Below the pieces are notes generated by a model, which saw only the letters and a program-made list of their open reading frames with translations, was not told where the DNA came from and searched no databases. A DNA stretch of 54,471 nt, taken from positions 1 through 54,471 of the IMG/VR virus record IMGVR_UViG_3300029319_007471. One strand, written 5' to 3'. The DNA comes from a virus. Its lineage: Duplodnaviria; Caudoviricetes. Position numbers and translations under genes: made by a program. Below are positions 10,763-19,871 of the stretch, piece by piece (within the stretch, counting starts at the first letter, position 1; the number at the start of each line of letters is the position of its first letter).

Positions 10763-10811
10763 AACTTATCTCCAAATTAATATATTAACTCAATAATAAA
10801 TATCATAGCAC

Positions 10812-10844
10812 AAAAAAAGGGTGAGAAAAACTCCCACCCTTTTT
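10812..10844 (-). terminator. Rho-independent terminator after the major capsid gene
   Basis: Minus strand AGGGTGGGAG-TTTTT-CTCACCC followed by T7. Confidence 0.85.
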
Positions 10845-10876
10845 AAGTGTTTGATATAAACTAAGACTAAAATTAA

Positions 10877-12499
10877 TTAGACGAAGTTGACATCAGCAAC
10901 AATGACCTTACCATAGAACTCTGACCTTACCATTTTCTTAGCGTAACGAGTCATCACACCTTTACGTGGAGTAAAGTTGGTTGGGTCGTACACTAATGGA
11001 GTCATAATTAACGGTACATATGGTGCATACACAGCTCCAGTTTCTAAGAACGAAGAACCACGGAAACCGACGAGAATCTGATTCTCTGTCATGTATGGGT
11101 TCTTGTAAACTGTGAATCTATTGTTTAATAGTCCTACTTTTTGAACTCCCATTGCGTAAGTTCTAGCAGAAGCATCACCTGTTGAATCAGAAGCGTATCC
11201 TGGAATTGACTCAATGATAGTTGCTGTCTCTGGTGAAACCACCATAAAGTTAGCACCACCTCTTAGAGTTTTCTGATGGATAGCATTTGATACCGCTTGT
11301 ATTTTGTTTCCAAGAGTTTGGAACCAAGTGTTCTTTGTGTAAGCGTTAGAATTACCTGAGGATGCGGGACCCGCTTCATCAAATAGGCCGGTAGCTGAAT
11401 TGAATTCAAAACCAACTCTAGTTGACCATCTCTCAGTCTTAGCAGTTGCAGAAGCCATCAACATATCAAGTATTTCTAAATCAATTTCCATTGAAATATA
11501 TTCACTTAACATTGAAGTAAGTTCTGCTTCAGCGTCTACTGAGTGATAAGCATTAAGGTCTTGCGCAAGTTCAGGAGTCCAGACTGCTTTCAACTTTCTT
11601 GTTTTAGCAACAATAGGAATTGAACGCATTGCAATATCAACTTCTGGAATACCTGCATCTGACTCAGCGCCTGTTCCACTTGGAGTAGCTTCGAAGTCAC
11701 CACGAGTAATATCCGTTGGTTGTTTATGATACTTAACAGTATAAGATCCTGAATAATCAGTCAAGTCTGCTGGTTGAACGATGAAAGTGATATCACTTCC
11801 AGTTACTTTTGTATGTGCTGGGAAGAACGATGTAAGTTCTGTTCCTGCACTACCACTAATTTCAAACGCACGAATACCTTCTAAATCAGGATTTGTTAAT
11901 GCTGACTGAGCGACAGTAATTTTTCTCAAGTTAGATAGAGAAGCACTAAGGCCTGGCTCAAAGTCAACATCTTGGAATGATACAGAAGATGAGGCAGCTG
12001 ATGCGGTACTTACAGTATCGCTAGCGTCGTTAATAGAATATCCAAAACGACCAGCTCCATATAAACCTTCTGATGCATCACCTGATGCTGAGGTAACACC
12101 ATGCAAATTTTCACCTACGTCAAAATTTGATTGGTTTGTTCCGTATTTGAAATCAAGATAGAAAATCAGACCTGATGGTAGATTCATAGGCTGAACAGAT
12201 ACGAAATCTTGTGCAGCTAATTCACCAAAGATTCTTCTTACTAAAGGAAGAGCGACACCTGACCACTGCTCATTGTTAGCAGCTGTTCCAGCTGAACTAG
12301 CTTCGTCAATTAACTGACGAGCTTGGTTCTCAAGTAGAACTGCCATACCGTGAGTCTGTGTTTCAGAACCCATTCCCTCTAACAAACCAGTTGGTTCCCA
12401 TTTTTTAACGAGTTGTCTAGTTTGCTCAAGAAGTTGTCTTTGTGGATTATATCCATCCATCAAATCGGATATTGAGTTAAATGTACTTTTGTCTGACAT
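10877..12499 (-). CDS. gp23: Major capsid protein (T4 gp23 family)
   Basis: LLENQ, LPLVRR, VQPMNLPSGLIFYL, AKTRKLKAVWTPELAQDLNAYH, DAEAELT, YAPYVPL, FTPRKGVMTRYA. Confidence 0.97.
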   Translation of the reverse strand: MSDKSTFNSISDLMDGYNPQRQLLEQTRQLVKKWEPTGLLEGMGSETQTHGMAVLLENQARQLIDEASSAGTAANNEQWSGVALPLVRRIFGELAAQDFVSVQPMNLPSGLIFYLDFKYGTNQSNFDVGENLHGVTSASGDASEGLYGAGRFGYSINDASDTVSTASAASSSVSFQDVDFEPGLSASLSNLRKITVAQSALTNPDLEGIRAFEISGSAGTELTSFFPAHTKVTGSDITFIVQPADLTDYSGSYTVKYHKQPTDITRGDFEATPSGTGAESDAGIPEVDIAMRSIPIVAKTRKLKAVWTPELAQDLNAYHSVDAEAELTSMLSEYISMEIDLEILDMLMASATAKTERWSTRVGFEFNSATGLFDEAGPASSGNSNAYTKNTWFQTLGNKIQAVSNAIHQKTLRGGANFMVVSPETATIIESIPGYASDSTGDASARTYAMGVQKVGLLNNRFTVYKNPYMTENQILVGFRGSSFLETGAVYAPYVPLIMTPLVYDPTNFTPRKGVMTRYAKKMVRSEFYGKVIVADVNFV

Positions 12500-12525
12500 T
12501 TTATTTCTCCAATTTCAAAGATTAA

Positions 12526-13623
12526 TTAAATTATGTTCGCTAATTTTCTAAACCTATTCTTCAGTTCAGCACCCTCACTAATTACTTTCTTAGCTTTGGG
12601 TTCTGTTGAAGCTACTGGCTTAGAGGACGAACCTTTACTCTCTTTTAGTTCTTTTTGAACACTACCACCAAAAGATTCAGCTAATGTAGAATACACTAAC
12701 TTAATTTCTCTTACGTTTTGTGCTCTATCAAATGTTTCAACAACTTTCATTTTCTGCTCATTAGAGAGACCAAAGGAGCGGAAAAGTTTGTTTGTAAAAA
12801 GTAGTTTTGCATTCAATAAATTTACTTCGTTCAACTTAGAACGTAAGTATTTAACAACATCGCGGTGTTCAGCGAGTTCGGATTGTAAGGCTTTTACATC
12901 AACTGCTGGTTCAGAAACTTCTTCATCTAAGGCTTTTAATACCTCTTCTAAATCAATATCTTCTTCAACTGTTTCAGTTTGCTTAGCTTTACCAGCTTTT
13001 CCGATTTCAGAGGATGAATATGCTTTTTTATCAAGTTTATTATCACCTGCTCCGATACCTGAAGTAACGTCGTTTTCATCGACTTTCTTTTCGTCGTCTT
13101 CTTCTTCGTCATCTTCTTCAGTTACGGGCTCAGCAACATCTTCCTCAAGGTCTTCTTCAAGTTCCTTAAGGACGCTTTCTAAATCAAGCTCTTCGTCCAT
13201 TTCTTCTTCATCATCGTGCATTCCCTCTTCGTCGTCATGCATTCCTTCTTCATCGTCATGCATTCCTTCGTCGTCACCATGCATGCCTTCATCGTCATCT
13301 TTCATTCTTTCTTCCATATCATCACCCTCTTCATCATCACCATGCATTCTCTCTTCGACATCATCATCGTCGTCATCACGAGGCATTTTCATACCTCTCT
13401 CCTCCATGTCGTCTTCTTCATCGTCACCATGCATTCTTTCTTCAACATCTTCTTCGTCGTCGTCATGCATGCCTTCGTTCTCAACTTCATTTTGGATTTT
13501 TTGAGAAAGCATTGATTTTAAGCGTGGTGTGAAAGCTTCTTCTAATGCGATTTTAGCATTTTCTAGTGCTGTTTCACGAACTGCTTTTGCATCCGCAATG
13601 GCTTCTTTTAATAAGTCATCCAT
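12526..13623 (-). CDS. gp22: Prohead scaffolding protein (gp22-like)
   Basis: Very acidic, helical protein directly upstream of gp23; MDDLLKEAIADAKAVRETA start and NEVNLLNAKLLF motif. Confidence 0.8.
   Translation of the reverse strand: MDDLLKEAIADAKAVRETALENAKIALEEAFTPRLKSMLSQKIQNEVENEGMHDDDEEDVEERMHGDDEEDDMEERGMKMPRDDDDDDVEERMHGDDEEGDDMEERMKDDDEGMHGDDEGMHDDEEGMHDDEEGMHDDEEEMDEELDLESVLKELEEDLEEDVAEPVTEEDDEEEDDEKKVDENDVTSGIGAGDNKLDKKAYSSSEIGKAGKAKQTETVEEDIDLEEVLKALDEEVSEPAVDVKALQSELAEHRDVVKYLRSKLNEVNLLNAKLLFTNKLFRSFGLSNEQKMKVVETFDRAQNVREIKLVYSTLAESFGGSVQKELKESKGSSSKPVASTEPKAKKVISEGAELKNRFRKLANII
13195..13475 (-). repeat. Imperfect tandem coding repeat (EGMHDDE / ERMHGDDEE), partly 21-nt units
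   Basis: Plus-strand units such as tcgtcatgcattccttcttca; protein EGMHGDDEGMHDDEEGMHDDEEGMHDDEE. Confidence 0.9.
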
Positions 13624-13654
13624 TACTTTTCTCCGTATTATTATTTGGATTTAA

Positions 13655-13750
13655 TATTGTTATTATGAACAATAATAGAGTTTTATCTACTTAGGGTACA
13701 CCTTATGATGGCGAAGTGGCCGAAGATGTATTTTTAATTATATATAAATA
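13655..13750 (-). promoter_or_regulatory. Putative late promoter (TATTTATA) and structured 5' leader of the scaffold-capsid operon
   Basis: Minus strand ATATTTATATA near 13741-13751; hairpin TACATCTT...AAGGTGTA (13697-13730); hairpin TATTGTT-CATAAT-AACAATA (13655-13674). A similar ATATTTAT lies before gp13 (about 10796-10803). Confidence 0.4.
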
Positions 13751-13772
13751 TATAGAATCTGAAAAAAATTAT

Positions 13773-14315
13773 TTATTTTTTATCATTCCAAACTTTTTCC
13801 ATATTCTTTCTGAGTGTGGTTATATTTTTAGGAACAACTAATTGCTTAGCAGGGTCTTTTAGTATAAAAAAACAATTATAACAAATTAATCTGAGATTGG
13901 ATAATTCGTGATTCGTACCATCACCATCTAAAAAGTCTAATAGTAATGGAGATAATAAATCAGAGCCCCTACATTCATCATAACCACAGTTGGAACATTC
14001 TTGAGCCAAATATCCATTTTTCAGTAATCTTTCTTGTAATTTGTAATGAGCGTAATTTGGATGTTTACCTGAAAATATGTCTGAAAGTTTTGCAGTTGAA
14101 AAGCCAGTATCACCTTTACGACTTATACCTTTACCAGCTTGATTTTTATTTTGTTCGAATAAATCGTAATACTTAGCATATTTTTTAAACGTATTATATG
14201 AAACTCTTAAAAGTTTGGCTGCTCCAGCTATTGATTGACTATTTTCTATAGCCCATTCAATTTTTCCCTTAGGTATAATCCTACCTTTAAATGGATTTGT
14301 CCCTTGCCTACCCAT
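13773..14315 (-). CDS. HTH plus degenerate HNH / Zn-finger protein
   Basis: SIAGAAKLLRVSYNTFKKYA HTH; CSNC...LLLDFLDGDGTNHELSNLRLICYNC (F in place of the HNH His). Confidence 0.7.
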   Translation of the reverse strand: MGRQGTNPFKGRIIPKGKIEWAIENSQSIAGAAKLLRVSYNTFKKYAKYYDLFEQNKNQAGKGISRKGDTGFSTAKLSDIFSGKHPNYAHYKLQERLLKNGYLAQECSNCGYDECRGSDLLSPLLLDFLDGDGTNHELSNLRLICYNCFFILKDPAKQLVVPKNITTLRKNMEKVWNDKK

Positions 14316-14523
14316 TTTTATTTCGTTTTTGTCTTGGTATTGGTTTACGTCGTTTACTCAATTTTTTTATTTCTTCTTTTAATAATCTTCTTTGTAATCT
14401 CAAATCTTCAATAACATAGTCCTTCTCTTCCATCCTACCTGATGTTAAGAGACTCATTATCAACACACCAAATGTTGTACCGATAAATATACCAATAAAA
14501 ATCCAAATAGCAATTTCTATCAT
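14308..14523 (-). CDS. Small membrane protein
   Basis: N-terminal hydrophobic helix, coiled coil and basic tail. Confidence 0.6.
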   Translation of the reverse strand: MIEIAIWIFIGIFIGTTFGVLIMSLLTSGRMEEKDYVIEDLRLQRRLLKEEIKKLSKRRKPIPRQKRNKNG

Positions 14524-14524
14524 T

Positions 14525-14713
14525 TTATTCCTCCTCTCTAAGATGTGGGCTATCTTGATGTATATATATTATATTTTCTCTATCTAAATTAGACCCACTT
14601 CTTTCATACTCAATTCTAACATTAATCGCCTCGTCAAAAATTTCTTTTTTCAAATCATTGAAATCCCTATCCTTTTCAAATGCAGCGCCTAAATCTATCT
14701 CTTTTCTTTTCAT
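14525..14713 (-). CDS. Hypothetical protein
   Basis: 62-aa ORF packed tightly in the operon. Confidence 0.55.
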   Translation of the reverse strand: MKRKEIDLGAAFEKDRDFNDLKKEIFDEAINVRIEYERSGSNLDRENIIYIHQDSPHLREEE

Positions 14714-14715
14714 AA

Positions 14716-14943
14716 TTATTTTTCGATATCAGGATTTAGAGTTTCTTCTTTCCACCATTTATAATTTAAAGGTGGTTTATGATAGTCTTTGGCTTCTTTA
14801 ACCTCAAATATTTTATCAAATTCTTTTTCATCTAATCTTTTAACACCCATAAAAAACTTTTTAGCTTCAATGATGCCAATTTTAGAAGCATCTATTGTAT
14901 CGATTGGTTCCTCTGAACCCTTAGAAACTAATTTAAACCTCAT
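14716..14943 (-). CDS. Hypothetical protein
   Basis: 75-aa ORF with GGAG RBS. Confidence 0.6.
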   Translation of the reverse strand: MRFKLVSKGSEEPIDTIDASKIGIIEAKKFFMGVKRLDEKEFDKIFEVKEAKDYHKPPLNYKWWKEETLNPDIEK

Positions 14944-14946
14944 TCG

Positions 14947-15498
14947 TTACTCCAATATAATTTTAAAGTTTTTAGATACTAAACTGGCATTAGTATTCCA
15001 ATTATCATAGTAACTTACCCATATGCTCATTGTGTCTCCAATCATTGTTTGAACGGGCGATAACATAGTTCGAACCTCACCATTTTGGTTACTATAACTA
15101 CAACAATTTATAGTCGGAACCTCTAAACCATTGAATCCGACCACAAATGATGTATCTATGTTTCTCCATTCCATTTCATCCGTCAACCCCTTTCTGACCC
15201 AATAACCTAAAGTGTCACCTAAATGCCAGTAATGTGATGATTCCCAATTAACTTTCAAATTTTCTTTTGGTGAATCATCTTCAGTTACTATAGCCTCTAA
15301 TAATTGTAATGTTTGCCAATTATTCCTATCAATTTCTAATAAATAAAATCCCTCACTATCTTTGTTCAAATCTAAATTTAGACTTAATTCTATCTCACCC
15401 CAATCATCACTACCAATTGGATTAACACAACCAAATGTTATTGCGATAGGTATAAAGATGAGTCTTTTTAGCCAGACTTTACTTATTTTTTTTAACAT
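14947..15498 (-). CDS. Putative lipoprotein
   Basis: Basic N-terminus, hydrophobic stretch and lipobox-like ITFGC. Confidence 0.55.
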   Translation of the reverse strand: MLKKISKVWLKRLIFIPIAITFGCVNPIGSDDWGEIELSLNLDLNKDSEGFYLLEIDRNNWQTLQLLEAIVTEDDSPKENLKVNWESSHYWHLGDTLGYWVRKGLTDEMEWRNIDTSFVVGFNGLEVPTINCCSYSNQNGEVRTMLSPVQTMIGDTMSIWVSYYDNWNTNASLVSKNFKIILE

Positions 15499-15640
15499 AT
15501 TTTTTCTTACCTTTTACTTTGTAATTTTCATTTTTCATTTTATCCCAACTTTTTTTGGGTTTTTTTCTTTTGAATTTTGAATAATGTTTTTCTTCAATAA
15601 CATTATCTTCAAATGATTCATAATCTATGTTATTAGCCAT
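15479..15640 (-). CDS. 53-aa Lys-rich basic protein (not in the ORF track)
   Basis: MANNIDYESFEDNVIEEKHYSKFKRKKPKKSWDKMKNENYKVKGKKKYVKKNK*, directly downstream of a sigma70-type promoter. Confidence 0.6.
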   Translation of the reverse strand: MANNIDYESFEDNVIEEKHYSKFKRKKPKKSWDKMKNENYKVKGKKKYVKKNK

Positions 15641-15653
15641 TTAATATACCCTT

Positions 15654-15682
15654 AATATAATAAAATTTTTGAAATAAGTCAA
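15654..15682 (-). promoter_or_regulatory. Sigma70-type promoter
   Basis: TTGACT-17 nt-TATATT. Confidence 0.65.
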
Positions 15683-15918
15683 GACTTTATTTTCCATTTT
15701 TCAAGTTTATCTAAGAATTCTGTAATGGTGTAATTCTTTTTTCGTTCATCAATTATAGATATATCCTCTAACATTTGCGGTTCTTGATTAATGATTCTAT
15801 TTAGTAAAGTAAAACCTAACGCCTGATAAAAAACTCCAAAACTCTCCTCACCTATTATGTTTGGTTCATAAATGGTGTCACCCTCATTATCGCTTTTATG
15901 TAATAAATAATATATCAT
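15679..15918 (-). CDS. Hypothetical protein
   Basis: 79-aa ORF coupled by ATGA overlap to the upstream epimerase. Confidence 0.6.
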   Translation of the reverse strand: MIYYLLHKSDNEGDTIYEPNIIGEESFGVFYQALGFTLLNRIINQEPQMLEDISIIDERKKNYTITEFLDKLEKWKIKS

Positions 15919-16823
15919 TTAGAATCCCCAATTAAAGTCTTAATATATGTTTCTAAGTCATGAGTTGGTTCCCAATTTAATAAATCTCTTTCTATTTTAG
16001 ACTCACATAAAGTTTCTCTCATTTCCCCATCACGCGCAGGAATGTATTTCTTTGGATAAGATTCTCCAAACATATTAGCTAACTCATTTATAGAATAATT
16101 TTTACCACAACCAAATTCAAATTCTAAACCGTTAATTTGTTCGAAGTTTACATCAGATAATCTATCACCACATTTAATTAATCCGTCAACGATATCATTG
16201 ACGTGGGTGAAATCTCTCCTTTGTTCCCCATCATCGGTAATTGTAAGGGGTTCATTTTTAAAAAATTGATTTTCAAAAATTGGTATCACTAATGAATATG
16301 GGCCTTCATAAATCATATTTGGGCCGTAGACATTATAAAATCTACAAATTGACATTCTGACATTAAATAATTTATGATACATCTTAAACATCAATTCACT
16401 TTGCCATTTAGTAAATGTGTAAGGGTTAGCGTATTTATCTCCGTGTATTGAGCTAGTCCCTGCGAACACCACAGGTATGTCTTTATCTTTTGCCCAATCT
16501 AGTATATTCTGTGTAGATATTACGTTTGACTTAAAAACCTCATTTGGATTTTCAAATGATGCTTGTATTCGTGGTAGAGCTGCTAAATGAAAAATAACAT
16601 CAACTTTAGGTTCGTACAATCCATAAGATTCCTGTATAAACCCACCACTTTTACGAGTTGTATCACCCAAATCGACATTTCTGTAATCACAACCTTTTTG
16701 TTCATTTTTCTTTAAACCAGTTGAGTAATTATCTAAACTAACTACATCGTGCCCATCATTAATCAATCGTTTAATTAAGTTAGTTCCAATAAAACCAGCT
16801 CCTCCAGTCACTATATATCTCAT
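15915..16823 (-). CDS. NAD-dependent epimerase/dehydratase (extended SDR)
   Basis: VTGGAGFIG, HLAA, YTFTK (YxxxK), RFYNVYGP, RDFTHV; start placed at 16823 (TAATG coupling). Confidence 0.9.
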   Translation of the reverse strand: MRYIVTGGAGFIGTNLIKRLINDGHDVVSLDNYSTGLKKNEQKGCDYRNVDLGDTTRKSGGFIQESYGLYEPKVDVIFHLAALPRIQASFENPNEVFKSNVISTQNILDWAKDKDIPVVFAGTSSIHGDKYANPYTFTKWQSELMFKMYHKLFNVRMSICRFYNVYGPNMIYEGPYSLVIPIFENQFFKNEPLTITDDGEQRRDFTHVNDIVDGLIKCGDRLSDVNFEQINGLEFEFGCGKNYSINELANMFGESYPKKYIPARDGEMRETLCESKIERDLLNWEPTHDLETYIKTLIGDSK

Positions 16824-17494
16824 TAACCAACACCTTTCCAAGTTGCACCACCATCAGTATAATGATGTTTGCAAATTAATTTTGAGTCATAATAAATTCC
16901 ATCTCCGTTTTCTATTCTATCATTAGCCCAATATCTATCTTCTTTACCACTTAGTCTTTCATCAAACGGAAATTCTTCTAAATAATCTCTTTTATAAATT
17001 GCAAATGCGTTATGTAAAAAATACCTATTTTCAGCATCACAAAAATAATTCCAACTATCTTTATCTTTGAAATTACTCCATATGTAACGTGGAGTTACTC
17101 TTTTACCATCCCAAACTGGTATTTGTTTTCCCCATATGCAAGCCACCTTATTATTGATAGTTTTTTTATAATCGAATGCATTTATGACATTATCAATATC
17201 AAATTCAACTAACTCACAATGTGATGAAAAAATTAGTATAATTGAATTGGTAGCCTCTTTGACCCCAATGTTCAAACTTTTACCTGGCGTATAATCATCG
17301 TTATTAATGTGTATTTTTTTGATATTCATCCAATCGAAAGTATTTACAACTCTAATTGAATTATCAGTAGAGTTATTATTAAGTAATATTATTTCAGGCT
17401 CATATAAGAAATCATCTAAAGATTGTAGACAATGACCAATATATCTTTCTTCATTTCTACATCTTAGTATTACCGATATTTTTTGTTTCAACAT
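16823..17494 (-). CDS. Glycosyltransferase family 2
   Basis: ISVILRCRNEERYI, NNNSTDNS, LNIG, FDERLSGKED. Confidence 0.85.
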   Translation of the reverse strand: MLKQKISVILRCRNEERYIGHCLQSLDDFLYEPEIILLNNNSTDNSIRVVNTFDWMNIKKIHINNDDYTPGKSLNIGVKEATNSIILIFSSHCELVEFDIDNVINAFDYKKTINNKVACIWGKQIPVWDGKRVTPRYIWSNFKDKDSWNYFCDAENRYFLHNAFAIYKRDYLEEFPFDERLSGKEDRYWANDRIENGDGIYYDSKLICKHHYTDGGATWKGVG

Positions 17495-17503
17495 TTTTTC
17501 TTC

Positions 17504-18334
17504 CTATTTTATATCATCTAATAATAACATTAAAGTTGAAAGTGATATTGCTTGGTCAGCATCACTAATAGATTTTGGTGGGTTTGGATGTGATTCAATA
17601 ATCAAACCATCCGCTCCAGCCGCGATAGCTGCTTTAGAAATAGCAGGTACAAAGTTTCTATATCCAGTCGCGTGACTTGGGTCATAAATAATTGGAATAT
17701 CACATAATTCTTTTAGTGCGGGTATCATCATTAAATCGGGTGCCCATCTAATAGATGGAAACACGTGACGATAAGATGGCATACCCACCACACCTCGTAA
17801 ACAGATAGCGACCTTTTCATTACCACCAACTAATATTCTTTCAACAGCGCCTAATATCTCATCTATAGTTCCCCAAGTGCCACGTTTTAAAAGAATAGGA
17901 ACATCTAATTCACCAAGTGCATCTAATAAGGTATAGTTTTGAAAGTTACGAGTTCCTACCTGAACTATATCAATACAATCCATTGTGGAACCTGTAATCT
18001 GATATGCATCCATAATTTCAGATACAATAGGTAGTCCAGTCTCCTCTCTGGCTGTTTTAAGAAATCTTAAACCATCTTCTCTTAGTCCCTCTTTCCAACC
18101 GTTACTACCGACCTCTTTAGTTATCGGATATGTGCATGGTTTATATGCACCACCCCTTAACGCGTTAACACCGACTCTCTTCATTTTTTGTGCCCAATCA
18201 ACTATCATTTCTTCGGACTCCACAGAACATGGGCCTGAGATAATATAGGGATTTTCTTCAAACTGCCACCTATTTGGTGATATTGAGATGGATAACTTAT
18301 CTTGTTCGGATAACATTTTTATATAATCGTTCAT
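17504..18334 (-). CDS. DAHP-synthase class I-beta-like aldolase with variant active site
   Basis: GPCSVES, LRGGAYKPCTYP (canonical KPRTSP), QVGTRNFQNY, LLKRG, DPSHATG, GADGLIIESHPNP. Confidence 0.85.
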   Translation of the reverse strand: MNDYIKMLSEQDKLSISISPNRWQFEENPYIISGPCSVESEEMIVDWAQKMKRVGVNALRGGAYKPCTYPITKEVGSNGWKEGLREDGLRFLKTAREETGLPIVSEIMDAYQITGSTMDCIDIVQVGTRNFQNYTLLDALGELDVPILLKRGTWGTIDEILGAVERILVGGNEKVAICLRGVVGMPSYRHVFPSIRWAPDLMMIPALKELCDIPIIYDPSHATGYRNFVPAISKAAIAAGADGLIIESHPNPPKSISDADQAISLSTLMLLLDDIK

Positions 18335-18912
18335 TTTTTACTCTTTATGTTTATTTCTGCTTGTTTTAAATCATCTTCGCTATGGATATTTGTACAATCA
18401 TCTAAGTGACTACCAACTCTACGACTCATAACGCCATGTTTTACAAATCCAAATTTTGTAATTCTAACACCACCATTTCTAGTCCCATCAGAGTTTACTG
18501 TGACTAAATCATCATATTTATTTTTTACAGAGTAAGTTAGTAAATCATCTACATTTGTATTTCTATCAGGATGGTCTGGCTGTATTCCAACAACGTGAGT
18601 TATATCTTTTAATATTTCTGGTGATGATTCCTGAACAACATTAACGTAAACATCAGCTACCTCTCTTTCACCCATATAACTTTTATCCCTATCACGTAAT
18701 ATTATATTATCGTATTTTTTTGTTATATCTTTAACTTCATCGGACTCTGTTGTAACTATAATGCGTTTAATTAAATTGCTATTTTTAGCGTAATCTATGG
18801 CGTGTTCTACAAGTGTTTTACCAGCGATTACCCTCAAATTTTTTTTCTTCAATCTAGTGGAATCGGTTTTAGCAGGTATAATAGCTAATCCACAAATATC
18901 TTTTGTATTCAT
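18331..18912 (-). CDS. Acylneuraminate cytidylyltransferase-like (NeuA/PseF family)
   Basis: IIPAKTDSTRLKKKNLRVIAGKTLV, IQPDHP, NIHSEDDL. Confidence 0.8.
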   Translation of the reverse strand: MNTKDICGLAIIPAKTDSTRLKKKNLRVIAGKTLVEHAIDYAKNSNLIKRIIVTTESDEVKDITKKYDNIILRDRDKSYMGEREVADVYVNVVQESSPEILKDITHVVGIQPDHPDRNTNVDDLLTYSVKNKYDDLVTVNSDGTRNGGVRITKFGFVKHGVMSRRVGSHLDDCTNIHSEDDLKQAEINIKSKK

Positions 18913-19871
18913 TTTATTCCTTTAAATTTATTTATTGCCCAATGATAAGCCTTTGTTTGACCCTCAATAGTCATACCACCAATATGAGGTGTTATTACAA
19001 CATTGTTGTTGGGTTCAATTGAAAACTCTACCAACTTACTATTTCTAAAATCACCAAACTCATCTTTTATGACATCCGTGCCGTAACCTTTCAAATGTCC
19101 TTTTTGTATCGATTTAATTATTGAACTCTCATCTACCAATTCTCCTCTGGCAGTATTAATTAAATAACTTCCTTTTTTCATATTACCTAAAAATTTATCA
19201 TTAACCATATTTCGTGTTTCGTCGGTTACGTGTGTATGTAAAAAAACTACATCAGATTTTTTAAGTAACTCTTCTAAACCAACACCCTTAGCATTAGTTA
19301 TTCTGGCGTATGGGTCAGTAACTAAAACATCTACATCCCAACCATCAAACAACCTTTTCATTATTTTACCAAGTCTACCATAACCTATGATACCAATCGT
19401 CTTACCTTTTATTTGATGTCCAACGTAAGGTTCGTAATCCCAATTACCATCTTTAACAGAATGAAATGATGATGGTATGAATCTTAATAACGACATCATC
19501 AATCCAAACGCTAACTCTGAAGTTGATGGTAAATCGTTTATTAGTTCATAATCTTTTTTTAGAGACCAAACCTCTATGTTATTTTTTTTACAAAAATCTA
19601 AATCAATATGATTAAGACCAGTTGAACAGGTGTTAATAACTTTTAAATTTGAATTTATCAAAACTTCCTCATCCAAAATAAAATTTTGTTTGTTGGGATT
19701 TGTAAATAAGTATTCTGCTTGAGTCTCAAATAAAGTTTTTTTTAGTGATTTTTTATTTATCTCTGGCTCATATAACACATTACCAAAATTTGAAATTAAG
19801 TCAAAAGCTCCATTTAAATGTTTAATTGGCGTTATACAAATTATGTTAATCTGTGAATTCTGAGTTTTCAT
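18909..19871 (-). CDS. D-isomer-specific 2-hydroxyacid dehydrogenase
   Basis: TGLNHIDL, GIIGYGRLG, LINTARGELVDE, ITPHIGG. Confidence 0.9.
   Translation of the reverse strand: MKTQNSQINIICITPIKHLNGAFDLISNFGNVLYEPEINKKSLKKTLFETQAEYLFTNPNKQNFILDEEVLINSNLKVINTCSTGLNHIDLDFCKKNNIEVWSLKKDYELINDLPSTSELAFGLMMSLLRFIPSSFHSVKDGNWDYEPYVGHQIKGKTIGIIGYGRLGKIMKRLFDGWDVDVLVTDPYARITNAKGVGLEELLKKSDVVFLHTHVTDETRNMVNDKFLGNMKKGSYLINTARGELVDESSIIKSIQKGHLKGYGTDVIKDEFGDFRNSKLVEFSIEPNNNVVITPHIGGMTIEGQTKAYHWAINKFKGIK

Noticed and set aside
12788-13515. Plus-strand poly-Ser ORF (238 aa) and 99-aa ORF
   Set aside because: Antisense readings of the Asp/Glu repeats of the scaffold gene.
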